From a virus (lineage: Duplodnaviria; Caudoviricetes), in IMG/VR virus record IMGVR_UViG_3300032303_000909, positions 1 through 46,810 of that record: DNA of 46,810 bases; one strand, given 5' to 3'. Made by a program: the position numbers and the translations under genes. Below, in pieces: positions 16,656-27,145 of this stretch (the first letter of the stretch is position 1; every line of letters starts with the position of its first letter). The notes under the pieces were generated by a model that had not been told where the DNA came from, did not search any database, and saw only the letters and a program-made list of their open reading frames with translations.

Positions 16656-17413
16656 AAAAAGCATTTATTGTAACAAGTGCTATAGAGGTAAACAATAATA
16701 ACCCATTAACTTATAGCAAGGTACGATCCTATTTTTCTAACGAAGAAAGATTTAGGCAAACTATAGCAACTATTGCTACATTAGATATAGCGTCAGATGC
16801 CGAGACTACAATCTATCTGTTAGATACTAGCGATAATTGGCAACAATATAAAAACCAATTATTGTATCAAAAAAATCTAAAATTTATTAGTATCAAAGAA
16901 GAGTTTCCTGAAATATACGAAACAGTAACTACGCATCCCCAAAAAAGTTATTGCGAGTGTTTGTCTGTGTCCACTTTTATGAGAAAGTATCAAAAAGAAT
17001 TGTTTGAAAATGATTACATTTTAAAAGTAAGTGGTCGATATTTAATCGATAGTTCATTTGATACAATATTACTTAACAGATATAATACAGATAAAATATT
17101 TTTTAAAGAGCCTATTAAATGGGATTGGAAAGACTCTTGGTGTTACTCGTTGGTTGACAGACGACAAGAACAAGGCGACAACAATCTTTGCCAGTATTCT
17201 TCTGTTCTTTTTGGTTGGGGTAAAAAACATCATAAACATTTTATGGATTTATGGAATGGTATGGCAGCAATGCTAGTCCTACCTCATATGTCACATTTTG
17301 ATATCGAAACTTTGGGTTATTATTTAACAAGACCGTTTGAAGGTGATATTATCGAGACTGACTGGGTAGTTTACGGTTGGTTAGGACCTTCGGGTCAATT
17401 TGTAAGGTATTAA
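16652..17413 (+). CDS. hypothetical protein (glycosyltransferase-associated)
   Basis: FIVTSAI...ERFRQT...LKVSGRY; overlaps the GT stop. Confidence 0.6.
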   Translation: MKKAFIVTSAIEVNNNNPLTYSKVRSYFSNEERFRQTIATIATLDIASDAETTIYLLDTSDNWQQYKNQLLYQKNLKFISIKEEFPEIYETVTTHPQKSYCECLSVSTFMRKYQKELFENDYILKVSGRYLIDSSFDTILLNRYNTDKIFFKEPIKWDWKDSWCYSLVDRRQEQGDNNLCQYSSVLFGWGKKHHKHFMDLWNGMAAMLVLPHMSHFDIETLGYYLTRPFEGDIIETDWVVYGWLGPSGQFVRY

Positions 17414-17415
17414 GC

Positions 17416-17982
17416 ATGAATGTAAACTTAATTGTGATAGATGATTTCTACAGCAATCCCTACGGTGTTAGGGAGTTTGCTCTTTCACAGGAATTTACGG
17501 TAACCGGAAATTATCCAGGCTCTCGGACGCAACCCCATATTGCAGAAGGTGTAAAAGAAGCAATAGAATACAATATGCAATTTGCCGGTAAGATTACAGA
17601 TTTAATGAACCACGATCCTAATACCGCATATACCGGTGCGTTCCAATTAGCTACCGCCAGTGACCGGACATGGATCCATGCTGATCATCATAACATGTGG
17701 GCGGGTGTGTTATATCTAACTCCAGAGGCTCCGTTTACCGGAGGTACTGCTTTGTATAGATATAAAGAAACAGGAGCCTTTAAAAGAACAGGAAAAGAAT
17801 GTGATGTATATGAAGGATATGATTATACCAAATGGGATAAATTTGATGTTGTTGGAAATAAATTTAATCGTTTAGTAATTTATCGTGGAGATTTGTTCCA
17901 TGCTAGTATAGATTACTTTGGTCACGATAAAGAAACTGGTCGGCTATTCCAAACATTTTTCTTTAATACCGAGAACTACTAA
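17416..17982 (+). CDS. DUF6445-like 2OG-Fe(II) oxygenase-fold protein
   Basis: IDDFYSNP..VREFAL, YPGSRT, WIHAD, AGVLYLTP, HAS, RLFQTFFF; paralog of 2546..3214. Confidence 0.8.
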   Translation: MNVNLIVIDDFYSNPYGVREFALSQEFTVTGNYPGSRTQPHIAEGVKEAIEYNMQFAGKITDLMNHDPNTAYTGAFQLATASDRTWIHADHHNMWAGVLYLTPEAPFTGGTALYRYKETGAFKRTGKECDVYEGYDYTKWDKFDVVGNKFNRLVIYRGDLFHASIDYFGHDKETGRLFQTFFFNTENY

Positions 17983-18740
17983 TGACATATAAGATTTGTC
18001 AGGTTATTATTTCTACTAATAGATTACAATATCTACCACGTACTCTAGCTTCACAGACTAATATCAACTTTGAAGGATGTGAGGTTGATAAAATTTTTAT
18101 CGACGATTATCCTAATGGTAGAAATAATCTTTTAATAAAAACATTAGCAACAGTCCACGGATTTAATGAAGTGCATCTGCATCCTGAAAATATGGGATTA
18201 ACTAGAACGTGGCAACATTTCTATGATATTATTAGAGATAGGAACTATGATTATATCTGGCAACAAGAAGACGATGTTGAAATTGTTTATCCTGTAAAAA
18301 TAATTGATCTCATAGATATTTTAAAAACAGATCCGTCGTTATCACAATTACAAATGAAACGAAACAATTGGTACCTTCACGAAACCGAAGATGTTATGTG
18401 TAAAGACACAGATACAGTAGTTCCCGGTTATAGATACGAACGAGATCCTCGTTGGTTTTGGATGATGGCTTCGTTATATCCAGGATGGATTGCCAAAGAA
18501 CCTATATTAGAAACAACTGGCAATAATCCTGCAGAATGTGTGGTTGCTGATTATCTTAGAAAAAAATACAATATAGGCACAGGATTATTAAAAACAACCA
18601 ATGGTAATTTTATAGTCAATCATATTGGTGAAATTAATAGGGGTAAGAGAGTTGCTCCCGGAGAACCAAGCTGGGAGCAATTTAAAATGTTTGACCCTAA
18701 CAAAGACTATGATTCGAGAACTGGAAAAGAAATACTATGA
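17982..18740 (+). CDS. glycosyltransferase family 2-like protein
   Basis: IFIDD, ENMGL, YIWQQEDD, HIG. Confidence 0.65.
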   Translation: MTYKICQVIISTNRLQYLPRTLASQTNINFEGCEVDKIFIDDYPNGRNNLLIKTLATVHGFNEVHLHPENMGLTRTWQHFYDIIRDRNYDYIWQQEDDVEIVYPVKIIDLIDILKTDPSLSQLQMKRNNWYLHETEDVMCKDTDTVVPGYRYERDPRWFWMMASLYPGWIAKEPILETTGNNPAECVVADYLRKKYNIGTGLLKTTNGNFIVNHIGEINRGKRVAPGEPSWEQFKMFDPNKDYDSRTGKEIL

Positions 18741-19255
18741 AGGATAAGTTTGTTAACTTATACATGGATTGGGCAAAGCGATGTGCCGAACTGAGTCATG
18801 CCAGGAGATTACATGTTGGTGCTGTAGTTGTTAAGGACGATACTGTTATCAGTTATGGTTATAACGGAATGCCTGCAGGCTGGGACAACGATTGCGAAAA
18901 TGTAGAGTGGTGCAGTGCTGGCGGCTGGCTAAGTCCAGAAGAGATTGAAGAAGGATGGCCCTACAAAGGCACATACCTAGACGCAGATGGTAACACAATG
19001 CAGGGTCGTTATCGTTTAAAAACTAAACCGGAGGTATTACATGCTGAATCGAATGCAATTGCAAAACTGGCGAAGTCTAACAACAGTGGTATTGGGGCTG
19101 ACCTATTTGTTACTCACAGTCCTTGTCTCGACTGTGCCAAGCTCATTTATCAGTCAGGTATTAGTCGTGTATATTACGGTGCAAACTATAGGGATGATGC
19201 AGGAATCAAATTCCTTGAAAAATCCGGAGTCACAGTAACAAAAATTGATAAGTAA
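18737..19255 (+). CDS. dCMP deaminase
   Basis: GYNG, HAESNAI, THSPCLDCAKLI. Confidence 0.92.
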   Translation: MKDKFVNLYMDWAKRCAELSHARRLHVGAVVVKDDTVISYGYNGMPAGWDNDCENVEWCSAGGWLSPEEIEEGWPYKGTYLDADGNTMQGRYRLKTKPEVLHAESNAIAKLAKSNNSGIGADLFVTHSPCLDCAKLIYQSGISRVYYGANYRDDAGIKFLEKSGVTVTKIDK

Positions 19256-19261
19256 TTAATT

Positions 19262-19750
19262 ATGAACTATATCAAACTAGACGACATTAATCATACCCAG
19301 TTAGTAGACTGGTATTACAGACACGAAAAAAAAATAAAGTGGTTAACTACCGGTAATACTCGACAAACTAGTGTTCAGTATGCACAAGGTGATGATGTAT
19401 TCTTAAGTAGTACCGATAGTTTACAACCGGGTCGATTGGCCCAAGAATACAATTTGTTAAATCCTTTTTTTGTTAATACACCATTTGAAGATATTTTAAA
19501 AAAATACAATCTTAGTAGAACAATTTTAGTCTGGTTAGAACCTAGATCATGTTACACTATTCACATGGACCTGTCTGCCCAACTACATATTCCTTTAATA
19601 ACCAATAATGATTGTAGATTTATATTTCCAGAAGAGTTAGATTTGTTTCATTTGCCAGCAGGCGGAGTCTACAATATTAAAACAAATAAACCTCACAGTT
19701 TCTGTAATTTTTCAACAGAGGCGAGATTACATATTATAGGCTGTGTATAA
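19262..19750 (+). CDS. Asp/Asn beta-hydroxylase-like cupin oxygenase
   Basis: CYTIHMD, LHIPLITN, HSFCN, RLHIIG; paralog of 8057..8605. Confidence 0.75.
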   Translation: MNYIKLDDINHTQLVDWYYRHEKKIKWLTTGNTRQTSVQYAQGDDVFLSSTDSLQPGRLAQEYNLLNPFFVNTPFEDILKKYNLSRTILVWLEPRSCYTIHMDLSAQLHIPLITNNDCRFIFPEELDLFHLPAGGVYNIKTNKPHSFCNFSTEARLHIIGCV

Positions 19751-19751
19751 T

Positions 19752-19859
19752 ATGAACATTTTTAAAAAAGCCTGGATCTGGGTTCGAGATTATAAAAAAA
19801 GAAAAGAATTAAAGAAACGCATTGCAGAATTACGCAAGCGAGATCCTTTCATTTATTAA
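19752..19859 (+). CDS. small basic protein upstream of carbamoyltransferase
   Basis: MNIFKKAWIWVRDYKKRKELKKRIAELRKRDPFIY; fills the gap exactly; below the ORF-track cutoff. Confidence 0.65.
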   Translation: MNIFKKAWIWVRDYKKRKELKKRIAELRKRDPFIY

Positions 19860-19860
19860 A

Positions 19861-21315
19861 ATGATACTCGGAATAACTGCCCAAAATCACGACGCTAGCA
19901 TGGCGCTAATTAAAGGGAAAAACATTGTGTGGGCCGCACATAGCGAGCGTTACAGTCGCATTAAAAACGATAGTATGTTAGATGCGGACATGGTTAGAGA
20001 AATGCGCTCATACGGTGAACCTACACAGATTGTATGGTTTGAAAAGACGTGGACCAAGAATTTACGTAGATTATATGCGGGGCAAACCCCGTGGATGGTA
20101 AGTCCTAGAGATCAACTTAGACTAGTAGGTCTTAATACACTCCCTATAGAATATGTACAACATCATGAAAGTCATGCTGCCGCAGGATTTTACACCAGTG
20201 GGTTTCTCGATGCTAGCATTTTAGTTGTCGATGCTATCGGTGAATGGGATACTGTAAGTATATGGAATGCTAGCAGTAATGGATTAAACAAAGTATGGAA
20301 TAGACGTTATCCTAATAGCATAGGGCTGTTCTATACTGCGTTTACACATTGGCTAGGACTTAAACCCAACGAAGAAGAATATATTCTTATGGGTATGGCC
20401 GCGTTAGGAAAACCTAATATTAAAGAATTTATTAAACGAGAATTTTTCTCTAACTTTGATGCCCCTAACTTTAAATTAAAGCATAATCTACATCAAGGAT
20501 GTTTATGGTGGACTGCGCCAGACGGAGTAAACAAATATGATATTGCTGCCAGTGTACAGGCAGTTATGGAAGAATATTTGTTAGGTACAGTTAAGTGGAT
20601 GAAAAAACAATTGCCTAGTAAAAATTTAGTGTTCATGGGAGGTTGTGCTCTTAACTGTGTTGCTAATACAAAAATAGCACAATTAAAGTTATATGATAAT
20701 ATCTGGCTCATGCCTAATCCCGGAGATGCAGGTAGCGCCATCGGTGCTGTGGCTGCATATACTAAACAACAGCTAAACTGGCAAGGGCCGTATTTGGGTA
20801 CAGACATCAATCGTGAACTAGATATAGACGGCATTGTCAAAGAATTGTTAGCAGGTAATGTTGTTGCTGTGGCAAACGGTCGGGCAGAATTTGGTCCAAG
20901 AGCTCTAGGAAACCGTAGTTTACTCTGTGACCCACGTGGTCCAAATGCCAAACATCGCATGAACAAATTAAAGAAACGAGAAGAATTTCGCCCATTCGCT
21001 CCGGCAGTTTTGCTAGAAGAAGCCAATAATTACTTTGATATGCCGGTAAAATCAAGCCCATATATGCAGTTTGTAGCCCGGTGCAAGCACCCTAAACTAC
21101 TGCCCGGAATATGCCACATAGACGGTACAAGTAGGGTTCAAACTGTGACAAAGCAAGATAATCCACAGTTTAGGACCCTGTTAGAAGCATGGTATGCCGC
21201 CAGCGGATGTCCGATTTTAATGAATACCAGCATGAATGTCAAGGGCGAACCTTTGGTAAATTCATGGGCAGATGCCCTGCGTTGGCAAGAAATAAACGGC
21301 GTTAAAGTATTTTGA
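19861..21315 (+). CDS. carbamoyltransferase (NodU/CmcH family)
   Basis: MILGI...HDAS, HHESHAA, VDAIGE, GGCALN, GDAG, EFGPRALGNRS, FRPFAP, DGTSRVQTV, NTSMN; start moved to 19861. Confidence 0.93.
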   Translation: MILGITAQNHDASMALIKGKNIVWAAHSERYSRIKNDSMLDADMVREMRSYGEPTQIVWFEKTWTKNLRRLYAGQTPWMVSPRDQLRLVGLNTLPIEYVQHHESHAAAGFYTSGFLDASILVVDAIGEWDTVSIWNASSNGLNKVWNRRYPNSIGLFYTAFTHWLGLKPNEEEYILMGMAALGKPNIKEFIKREFFSNFDAPNFKLKHNLHQGCLWWTAPDGVNKYDIAASVQAVMEEYLLGTVKWMKKQLPSKNLVFMGGCALNCVANTKIAQLKLYDNIWLMPNPGDAGSAIGAVAAYTKQQLNWQGPYLGTDINRELDIDGIVKELLAGNVVAVANGRAEFGPRALGNRSLLCDPRGPNAKHRMNKLKKREEFRPFAPAVLLEEANNYFDMPVKSSPYMQFVARCKHPKLLPGICHIDGTSRVQTVTKQDNPQFRTLLEAWYAASGCPILMNTSMNVKGEPLVNSWADALRWQEINGVKVF

Positions 21316-21341
21316 CATACCCAAAAACGGTTATATAATAG
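21312..21341 (+). promoter_or_regulatory. sigma70-type promoter
   Basis: TTGACA-N18-TATAAT; TAAATA at 21356. Confidence 0.55.
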
Positions 21342-21385
21342 ATACTGTACCTAGCTAAATATTTAGGTACTAGAAGGGCTGTACA

Positions 21386-22120
21386 ATGGCTAGAAATACT
21401 GCAAAGTTTGATTGGTCAATGCTAGATCGTCAAGGTCTAACACAGTTTTTGGCTGAAATTTCTCCAGAGTTAGTTAATCAAGAACTAACCAATGCCAAGT
21501 TCCACAGTATAATTTCCAAACACATCAAATCTCGTCTTCCAATAAAAGTAGCTAAACGGTCCGATATCAAAGTAGATTTTGGATATGTTTATACAGGTGG
21601 CCTATATTACAGCGACGAGGACCGGGCCAAACGCAGATGTATAGAGATTGTCTTTGTTTACAATCCCATTATTGGATCCGTGTGTATAACTCCCCAGCGA
21701 TTTAAAAGAATGTGTGCATTGTTTGCAGACACTGTTCTGCACGAACTCATGCACATGCGACAGTATAGGAGTAGAAAGTTTAAAGAACTTCCAGATTATG
21801 CTAGTAGTGCCGAAAAAACCGAGCAAAGATTAGAACAAGAATATCTAGGTAACCCGGACGAAATCGATGCCTACGGTTTTAATATTGCCTGCGAACTTAT
21901 GGATAAATTCAAAGGCAATGAATACCAGGTTATTGAATATCTTAGTGAAGATCAAAAAGGTCTAAGACGCAGATACAACAGTTGGAGAATGTATCTTAAA
22001 GCATTTAACCACGATCATGATCATCCGATTATTAAACGGGTAAAGAAAAAAGTCATGCGTTACATACCCTACGCCGAATTAGGTAGACCATATCGCTCTA
22101 AAGATTGGATAAGTCGATAA
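21386..22120 (+). CDS. HEXXH zinc-metallopeptidase-like protein
   Basis: LHELMHMRQ...EYLGNPDEIDAY. Confidence 0.6.
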   Translation: MARNTAKFDWSMLDRQGLTQFLAEISPELVNQELTNAKFHSIISKHIKSRLPIKVAKRSDIKVDFGYVYTGGLYYSDEDRAKRRCIEIVFVYNPIIGSVCITPQRFKRMCALFADTVLHELMHMRQYRSRKFKELPDYASSAEKTEQRLEQEYLGNPDEIDAYGFNIACELMDKFKGNEYQVIEYLSEDQKGLRRRYNSWRMYLKAFNHDHDHPIIKRVKKKVMRYIPYAELGRPYRSKDWISR

Positions 22121-22149
22121 TTGACCTAACTTAAATTTCGTGCTATAAT
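22121..22149 (+). promoter_or_regulatory. sigma70-type promoter
   Basis: TTGACC-N17-TATAAT with TG extension. Confidence 0.7.
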
Positions 22150-22155
22150 GATAGC

Positions 22156-22383
22156 ATGACATACACAATTCACCAAAGCCGGATACGCACTATCAAACCG
22201 GGCGACCCTAATTTTACCATCACTGATGGATTAGTTCAAGCCAATCGAGCCGGGATCGAAATTAGTCAACGGTGTCCAAGCAATTATGCAAGTTTGATTA
22301 ATGAATGTCTCAATCACGGTTGGATCAAACCTGTGGCACATGTCACAGAGCGTGAACTCATTTTCATGGGGCTCACTAAATGA
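22156..22383 (+). CDS. hypothetical protein
   Basis: 75-aa ORF directly after promoter. Confidence 0.6.
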   Translation: MTYTIHQSRIRTIKPGDPNFTITDGLVQANRAGIEISQRCPSNYASLINECLNHGWIKPVAHVTERELIFMGLTK

Positions 22384-23288
22384 CTTTAGATATGCCCGGC
22401 ACACTCGGCGGTGCAAAAATTATCTTCACTGACGAAATAGTGGATAATTACATTACAACTACAACGATGAAAGAATTTGAAATGTTTAATAGACCAAAAG
22501 TTGGCATTGTCGGCCTAGGATTTGTCGGCAGTGCTATTAAAGATAACATGGAACATGTATGCGATTTAATTCTGGTAGATCCACCCAAGGGGTTGCCGGG
22601 CAAATACGAAGACCTCTTAGATTGTGACGGAGTATTTGTATGTGTACCAAGTCCTCAAGATGAAGATGGCAGTTGCGACACAAGTTATTTAGAGAGTGCA
22701 TTGGATACATTATCTACACTTGGATATACTGGTGTCACTATTAGTAAGAGTACTGCTCCTCCTAGTGTTTATAAAGTATTACAGGCCAAACATAAAAATC
22801 TAGTTCACGCTCCTGAGTTTTTAACTGCGGCTAATGCTAGTAGAGATTATGCCAATGGCAAGTTTGCTATCATAGGCGGTGCCGTAGGAGCCTATCAAAG
22901 AGAAGCAGAACGTATTATTCGCTGGGGCCAGTCCGGAATTGGCAATAATGTGCAATTCTGTACCATTGAAGAAGCTTCATTGGCCAAATATACCATCAAC
23001 ACATTCCTTGCCACAAAGGTTGCATACATGAATGAAATCTATAATCTTGCCCTTAAAGAGGGAATGGACTACAATAAAATTTCTAACATGATACAAATGG
23101 ATGAAAGAATTGGTAATAGTCATCTTCGCGTACCGGGTCCAGATGGAGTATTCGGATTTGGCGGTGCATGTTTTCCAAAAGACACTTCAGCTTTGTTAAA
23201 GTATGCTGACGAAAAAGGCGTTGATATGATGGTATTGGACGCCGCAGTTAGAAAAAATACTCTACTACGGTTGACAGAACCTAAATAA
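22380..23288 (+). CDS. UDP-glucose/GDP-mannose dehydrogenase family protein
   Basis: GIVGLGFVG, VCVPSP, KST, PEFL, KYTINTFLATK, GFGGACFPKD; lacks the usual C-terminal domain; true start may be later. Confidence 0.88.
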   Translation: MTLDMPGTLGGAKIIFTDEIVDNYITTTTMKEFEMFNRPKVGIVGLGFVGSAIKDNMEHVCDLILVDPPKGLPGKYEDLLDCDGVFVCVPSPQDEDGSCDTSYLESALDTLSTLGYTGVTISKSTAPPSVYKVLQAKHKNLVHAPEFLTAANASRDYANGKFAIIGGAVGAYQREAERIIRWGQSGIGNNVQFCTIEEASLAKYTINTFLATKVAYMNEIYNLALKEGMDYNKISNMIQMDERIGNSHLRVPGPDGVFGFGGACFPKDTSALLKYADEKGVDMMVLDAAVRKNTLLRLTEPK

Positions 23289-23299
23289 TACTGTACTAT
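23271..23299 (+). promoter_or_regulatory. sigma70-type promoter with nested TAAATA upstream of folE
   Basis: TTGACA-N17-TACTAT (TG-extended); TAAATA at 23282. Confidence 0.6.
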
Positions 23300-23346
23300 T
23301 AGTGCATATGGCAATCCACTGCCTTAACATCGGAGAATAATTATAA

Positions 23347-24090
23347 ATGACAGATAAACAAACAGGATTAGACGCAATGGCAGGCGATGGCGGATACTCG
23401 GAAGCCTACCTAGGTGATCATATTCGCTTTAAAATGAAACGTGAAGGTAAACGTTTTTGGGCAGGCGACAACATCAGTGAATACTTGTACGAAGGTGATA
23501 TAGAACGACTAATTGACGAAGCAACACCAGCATTTGAATCAGTGCTAGATAAGTTGCTGATTGATCGTGAAAATGATCCAAACTCAAAAGGCACTGCAAG
23601 ACGGCTTGCCAAGATGTACTTTAATGAAATAATGGCAGGAAGATATGAACCAGCACCAGACGCTACAGCGTTTCCAAATGATTCGCAGGACCGTTATGAG
23701 GGTATGCTCGTTGTTCGCAGTGAGCTTCGGAGTATGTGTAGCCATCATCACCAACCCGTTACTGGCGTTGCTTATATTGGTATTTTGGCTGCTAACAAAC
23801 TTATTGGACTATCCAAGTACACACGTATTGCCCAATGGTGTGCCCGTCGAGGTACTCTCCAGGAGGAGCTTTGTAATGATATTGCTAGGGAAATACAAAA
23901 AGCCACTGACTCAGAGAATGTAGCAGTCTATATCCAAGCGACACATGGTTGCTGTGAGAATCGTGGTATTATGGCACATAGTAGCTTAACACAGACTACA
24001 GTACTCAAAGGTGCGTTCAAAGACGACGGCAATACTAAGAAAGAGTTTTTTGATAATATTAAACTACAACAAGAGTTTGCACCACGATAA
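23347..24090 (+). CDS. folE: GTP cyclohydrolase I
   Basis: SMCSHHHQP, GLSKYTR, LQEEL, HGCCENRG. Confidence 0.95.
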   Translation: MTDKQTGLDAMAGDGGYSEAYLGDHIRFKMKREGKRFWAGDNISEYLYEGDIERLIDEATPAFESVLDKLLIDRENDPNSKGTARRLAKMYFNEIMAGRYEPAPDATAFPNDSQDRYEGMLVVRSELRSMCSHHHQPVTGVAYIGILAANKLIGLSKYTRIAQWCARRGTLQEELCNDIAREIQKATDSENVAVYIQATHGCCENRGIMAHSSLTQTTVLKGAFKDDGNTKKEFFDNIKLQQEFAPR

Positions 24091-24103
24091 CAATAAGGTA
24101 AAA

Positions 24104-24826
24104 ATGAAAAACAAAGGTAAACTAAACATTCCGCAAAAGCAGACTGCGGCTGCGACTATGCGGCAGAATATGGGCCAACCCGCACCACAACAACCAGGCC
24201 AGCGTCCTAGTGTTATGATTGCCGTTCCGGCAATGGAAATGGTCAATGCAGAATTTGCACAACACTTAGCAATGGCGGCTGCTAATATGGTTGCTAATGG
24301 TATTAAGATCAACTGTGCATTTAACATTGGATCAGTTATTACTATTGCTCGTCGTAACTTAGTTGACATCTTTTTGAAGAGTGACTTTGATTACATTTGG
24401 TGGGTTGATAGCGATATGAAATTTCCAATTGATGCGCCAATGAAATTGTTAGCTCGAGACAAACCAATTGTTGGGGCTAACTATCGCAGACGCCGTTTTC
24501 CTAACCCTAACTTTACAGGCATGACTGGTAGTGCTGGTTCTTTTCAAGAGTTCCAAACTACAGACAACAGCCCGGCAATGGAGTTGATTGATGTCCTACC
24601 ACATGGTATGGTATTGTGTAAACGGGAAGTTTACGAAAAGGTGCCACAGCCTCATTACTTGCAAGAATATGTTCCGCATCTAAATTTAGAAATTGGTGAG
24701 GACATCTTTTTCTGCCAACAGGCACAAAAAGCAGGTTATGAGATTTGGTGCGATCAAGAGTTGAGCCGAGAAGTTGCACACATCGGTATTTTCCACTTTA
24801 ACTATAACCTCAGTGTGCCGAAATAA
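24104..24826 (+). CDS. glycosyltransferase family 2-like protein
   Basis: ARRNLV, WVDSDM, GEDIFFC, HIG; start moved to ATG 24104. Confidence 0.7.
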   Translation: MKNKGKLNIPQKQTAAATMRQNMGQPAPQQPGQRPSVMIAVPAMEMVNAEFAQHLAMAAANMVANGIKINCAFNIGSVITIARRNLVDIFLKSDFDYIWWVDSDMKFPIDAPMKLLARDKPIVGANYRRRRFPNPNFTGMTGSAGSFQEFQTTDNSPAMELIDVLPHGMVLCKREVYEKVPQPHYLQEYVPHLNLEIGEDIFFCQQAQKAGYEIWCDQELSREVAHIGIFHFNYNLSVPK

Positions 24827-24840
24827 AAGAAAGGATTCCT

Positions 24841-25005
24841 ATGTTTGAATCTATTGAAATACGCAAAGTTAAAAACGGTGTTATCGTTACTTTGCGTACC
24901 GACGAAGATGAAGATCAAGAATACGTCTATGATACTGACCGTAAGGCTATCAAATTCGTTAAAGATCTGCTTGAAGTTAAAAGCAAAGAACAAGTTCCGG
25001 CTTGA
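24841..25005 (+). CDS. small hypothetical protein
   Basis: MFESIEIRKVKNGVIVTL... 54 aa, RBS AAGGA; not in ORF track. Confidence 0.7.
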   Translation: MFESIEIRKVKNGVIVTLRTDEDEDQEYVYDTDRKAIKFVKDLLEVKSKEQVPA

Positions 25006-25011
25006 TAAATT

Positions 25012-25500
25012 ATGACAGTTAAAAAGAAATACAATATAGGTGATACTGTTTGGGTCTACGGTATTACAAATGGCAGATCCACCGAGGGCAAAATTGTTCA
25101 ATGGTTTAAAGTTCCGGTGGAGGGATGGGATAATAACACAGTTCATTATGTTGTAGCAATACCAACTGAAATAGAATATTTGCTAGAAGTAAGAACATGG
25201 GAAACTATTAGTCAAACTAAAGACGGGCATGTAGGTAGTTTGCGAGAAGCATTTGAAGATCCGGATGCAGCTCGTAGGATGCTAGCAAGAACTGGAGTGA
25301 AATTTATTTCAGATGCAGATGCCGATTATGATGGTGACGGACATGACGGTATGGGATCATTTGCCAATGAGGATGACATCGACCCGGATTTAATCCACGC
25401 GGCAATGGAACGTGCTCAAAAGGATGTTAGCCACACTCCTTTAATGATCAAAGATGCCAAACCCAAGCGCCGTAACTTTACTCGAAAGAAAAAAGTTTGA
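25012..25500 (+). CDS. hypothetical protein
   Basis: ORF in tightly packed operon. Confidence 0.7.
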   Translation: MTVKKKYNIGDTVWVYGITNGRSTEGKIVQWFKVPVEGWDNNTVHYVVAIPTEIEYLLEVRTWETISQTKDGHVGSLREAFEDPDAARRMLARTGVKFISDADADYDGDGHDGMGSFANEDDIDPDLIHAAMERAQKDVSHTPLMIKDAKPKRRNFTRKKKV

Positions 25501-25805
25501 ACGCACTTGATGATTTACAAGCCGTAATGTTTCAGTGGAAAGATCAAGATTCGATGATTAAACCCACACTACATCAAAGAAATAGTCATTGGTGGCGCCT
25601 ACAGCTCGTTGAAGATTGGGGAACTGTTGATGATGCCGGTAATTATCAGCCTTCTAGAAAATTAGATGTTGGTGTAACATGGGTTGAAGAAAAGTTAAAA
25701 GATTGGCCTAACTGTACGCGAATGGCTTGGGACATATGGGATTTCAAACATCGTGAAGATGCTGAAAAGTTTATAACACTATTTCATCTATCATGGGCAC
25801 AGTAA
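25497..25805 (+). CDS. hypothetical protein
   Basis: TTG start overlapping the previous stop. Confidence 0.6.
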   Translation: MNALDDLQAVMFQWKDQDSMIKPTLHQRNSHWWRLQLVEDWGTVDDAGNYQPSRKLDVGVTWVEEKLKDWPNCTRMAWDIWDFKHREDAEKFITLFHLSWAQ

Positions 25806-26101
25806 GATATAAAGTTGAAAACAATGTTGTGAAAGAAATACACAAGATAGTTGTTCATAGCTTTAGTATGGGCGATGTCGAAGATCCAGACTTATATGCC
25901 GCACAGCCGTTAATGGAGTGGCAAGAAAGCGATCCTGGTAAGTTTGTTATGGAACATGCCGTAGATAAACCCGAATGGCATAGGCACATAGATCATACAA
26001 TATACGGACACAGATATGCTATCACAGCAGAACTCGAAGCAAAGAAACTAAGTGAATTCTATTTAAGATGGGGCAAAGATGGAAGTGGTGAGATACGGTG
26101 A
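25793..26101 (+). CDS. hypothetical phage protein
   Basis: GDVEDPDLYAAQPLMEWQ; tightly packed. Confidence 0.7.
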   Translation: MGTVRYKVENNVVKEIHKIVVHSFSMGDVEDPDLYAAQPLMEWQESDPGKFVMEHAVDKPEWHRHIDHTIYGHRYAITAELEAKKLSEFYLRWGKDGSGEIR

Positions 26102-26312
26102 GACCTGTACCGTTAAACAGGCCAACTCAAGTAAAACGGTAGAAGCAGCTGTACACGAGTTCAAGGAACGACAGAATCTAACTGTGGTCCTTAACAAGAG
26201 TGTAAAGTTACCCATGACTTGGAATGGTAAGATGTATGAAGGTCGCATGGCCGGAATTGATTTTACCAGCACAGGCCCTTCAATTACTAAAACAACCACA
26301 GGCCGAGGATGA
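26079..26312 (+). CDS. hypothetical protein
   Basis: 77 aa, overlaps both neighbours. Confidence 0.65.
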   Translation: MEVVRYGETCTVKQANSSKTVEAAVHEFKERQNLTVVLNKSVKLPMTWNGKMYEGRMAGIDFTSTGPSITKTTTGRG

Positions 26313-27145
26313 AACTCCTTATCACAGGTAATTCCGGATACATAGGAAGTCACCTCTGTGATTTATTAAAAGAATACGATATCTATGGATTAGATATTAC
26401 AGATCCCAAAATTCCTGTTAGAGAATTTTTTAATCTCGACATAACCCAATCTTGGGAGTTGGAACAAGAATTTGATTGTGTTATTCATCTAGCCGCGCTG
26501 GTCAAAGTAGGAGAAAGTGAAGTTGATCCTATTAGCTACTATCAAACAAATATTATGGGAACAATTAATGTTCTTAGACAAATTAAAACAAAAAATTTTA
26601 TATTTGCCAGCACAGGCGTTGCCGAGAAATGTACTAATCCCTATGGTATTAGTAAACGTGCCGCTGAGGATTGTGTAGCACAGTATTGTCGAAATAACAA
26701 CGTTAACTATACTATATTTAGATTCTATAATGTAATAGGCAGTAGAGTAGTAGGACCAACTAATCCCGACGGCTTGTTTTATAAACTAATAGAAGCAACT
26801 AAGACAGGCAAGTTTTCTATCTACGGTGGAGATTACAATACACCAGACGGTTCTGCTATTCGTGACTACGTACATGTTGACGAAATATGCCAAGCTATTA
26901 AACTTGCCGTAAATACTCCTACAAACAGTATAGAAAATCTAGGACACGGTCTAGGAAAGACTGTTAAAGAGATAGTACAATTATTTAAAGCTGCTAACAA
27001 TGTCGAGTTTGATGTTAAAGTAGTAAAACGCAGAGTAGGCGATCTAGAAAAATCAGTTTTAGCTAATCCGTCTGTGTATATGAAGAAAATTTTTTCATTT
27101 GAAGAATTATTAAAGGTAGTAAACAATGACCAATCCGTTTCGTGA
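26309..27145 (+). CDS. galE: NAD-dependent epimerase (UDP-glucose 4-epimerase-like)
   Basis: TGNSGYIGSH, HLAA, YGISK, FRFYNV, TPDGSAIRDYVHV, RRVGD. Confidence 0.85.
   Translation: MKLLITGNSGYIGSHLCDLLKEYDIYGLDITDPKIPVREFFNLDITQSWELEQEFDCVIHLAALVKVGESEVDPISYYQTNIMGTINVLRQIKTKNFIFASTGVAEKCTNPYGISKRAAEDCVAQYCRNNNVNYTIFRFYNVIGSRVVGPTNPDGLFYKLIEATKTGKFSIYGGDYNTPDGSAIRDYVHVDEICQAIKLAVNTPTNSIENLGHGLGKTVKEIVQLFKAANNVEFDVKVVKRRVGDLEKSVLANPSVYMKKIFSFEELLKVVNNDQSVS

Noticed and set aside
20493-21026. 177-aa minus-strand ORF (likewise 32305..32904, 11783..12184, 24802..25146 and other nested ORFs)
   Set aside because: Antisense to better-supported genes, with no RBS or recognisable motifs.
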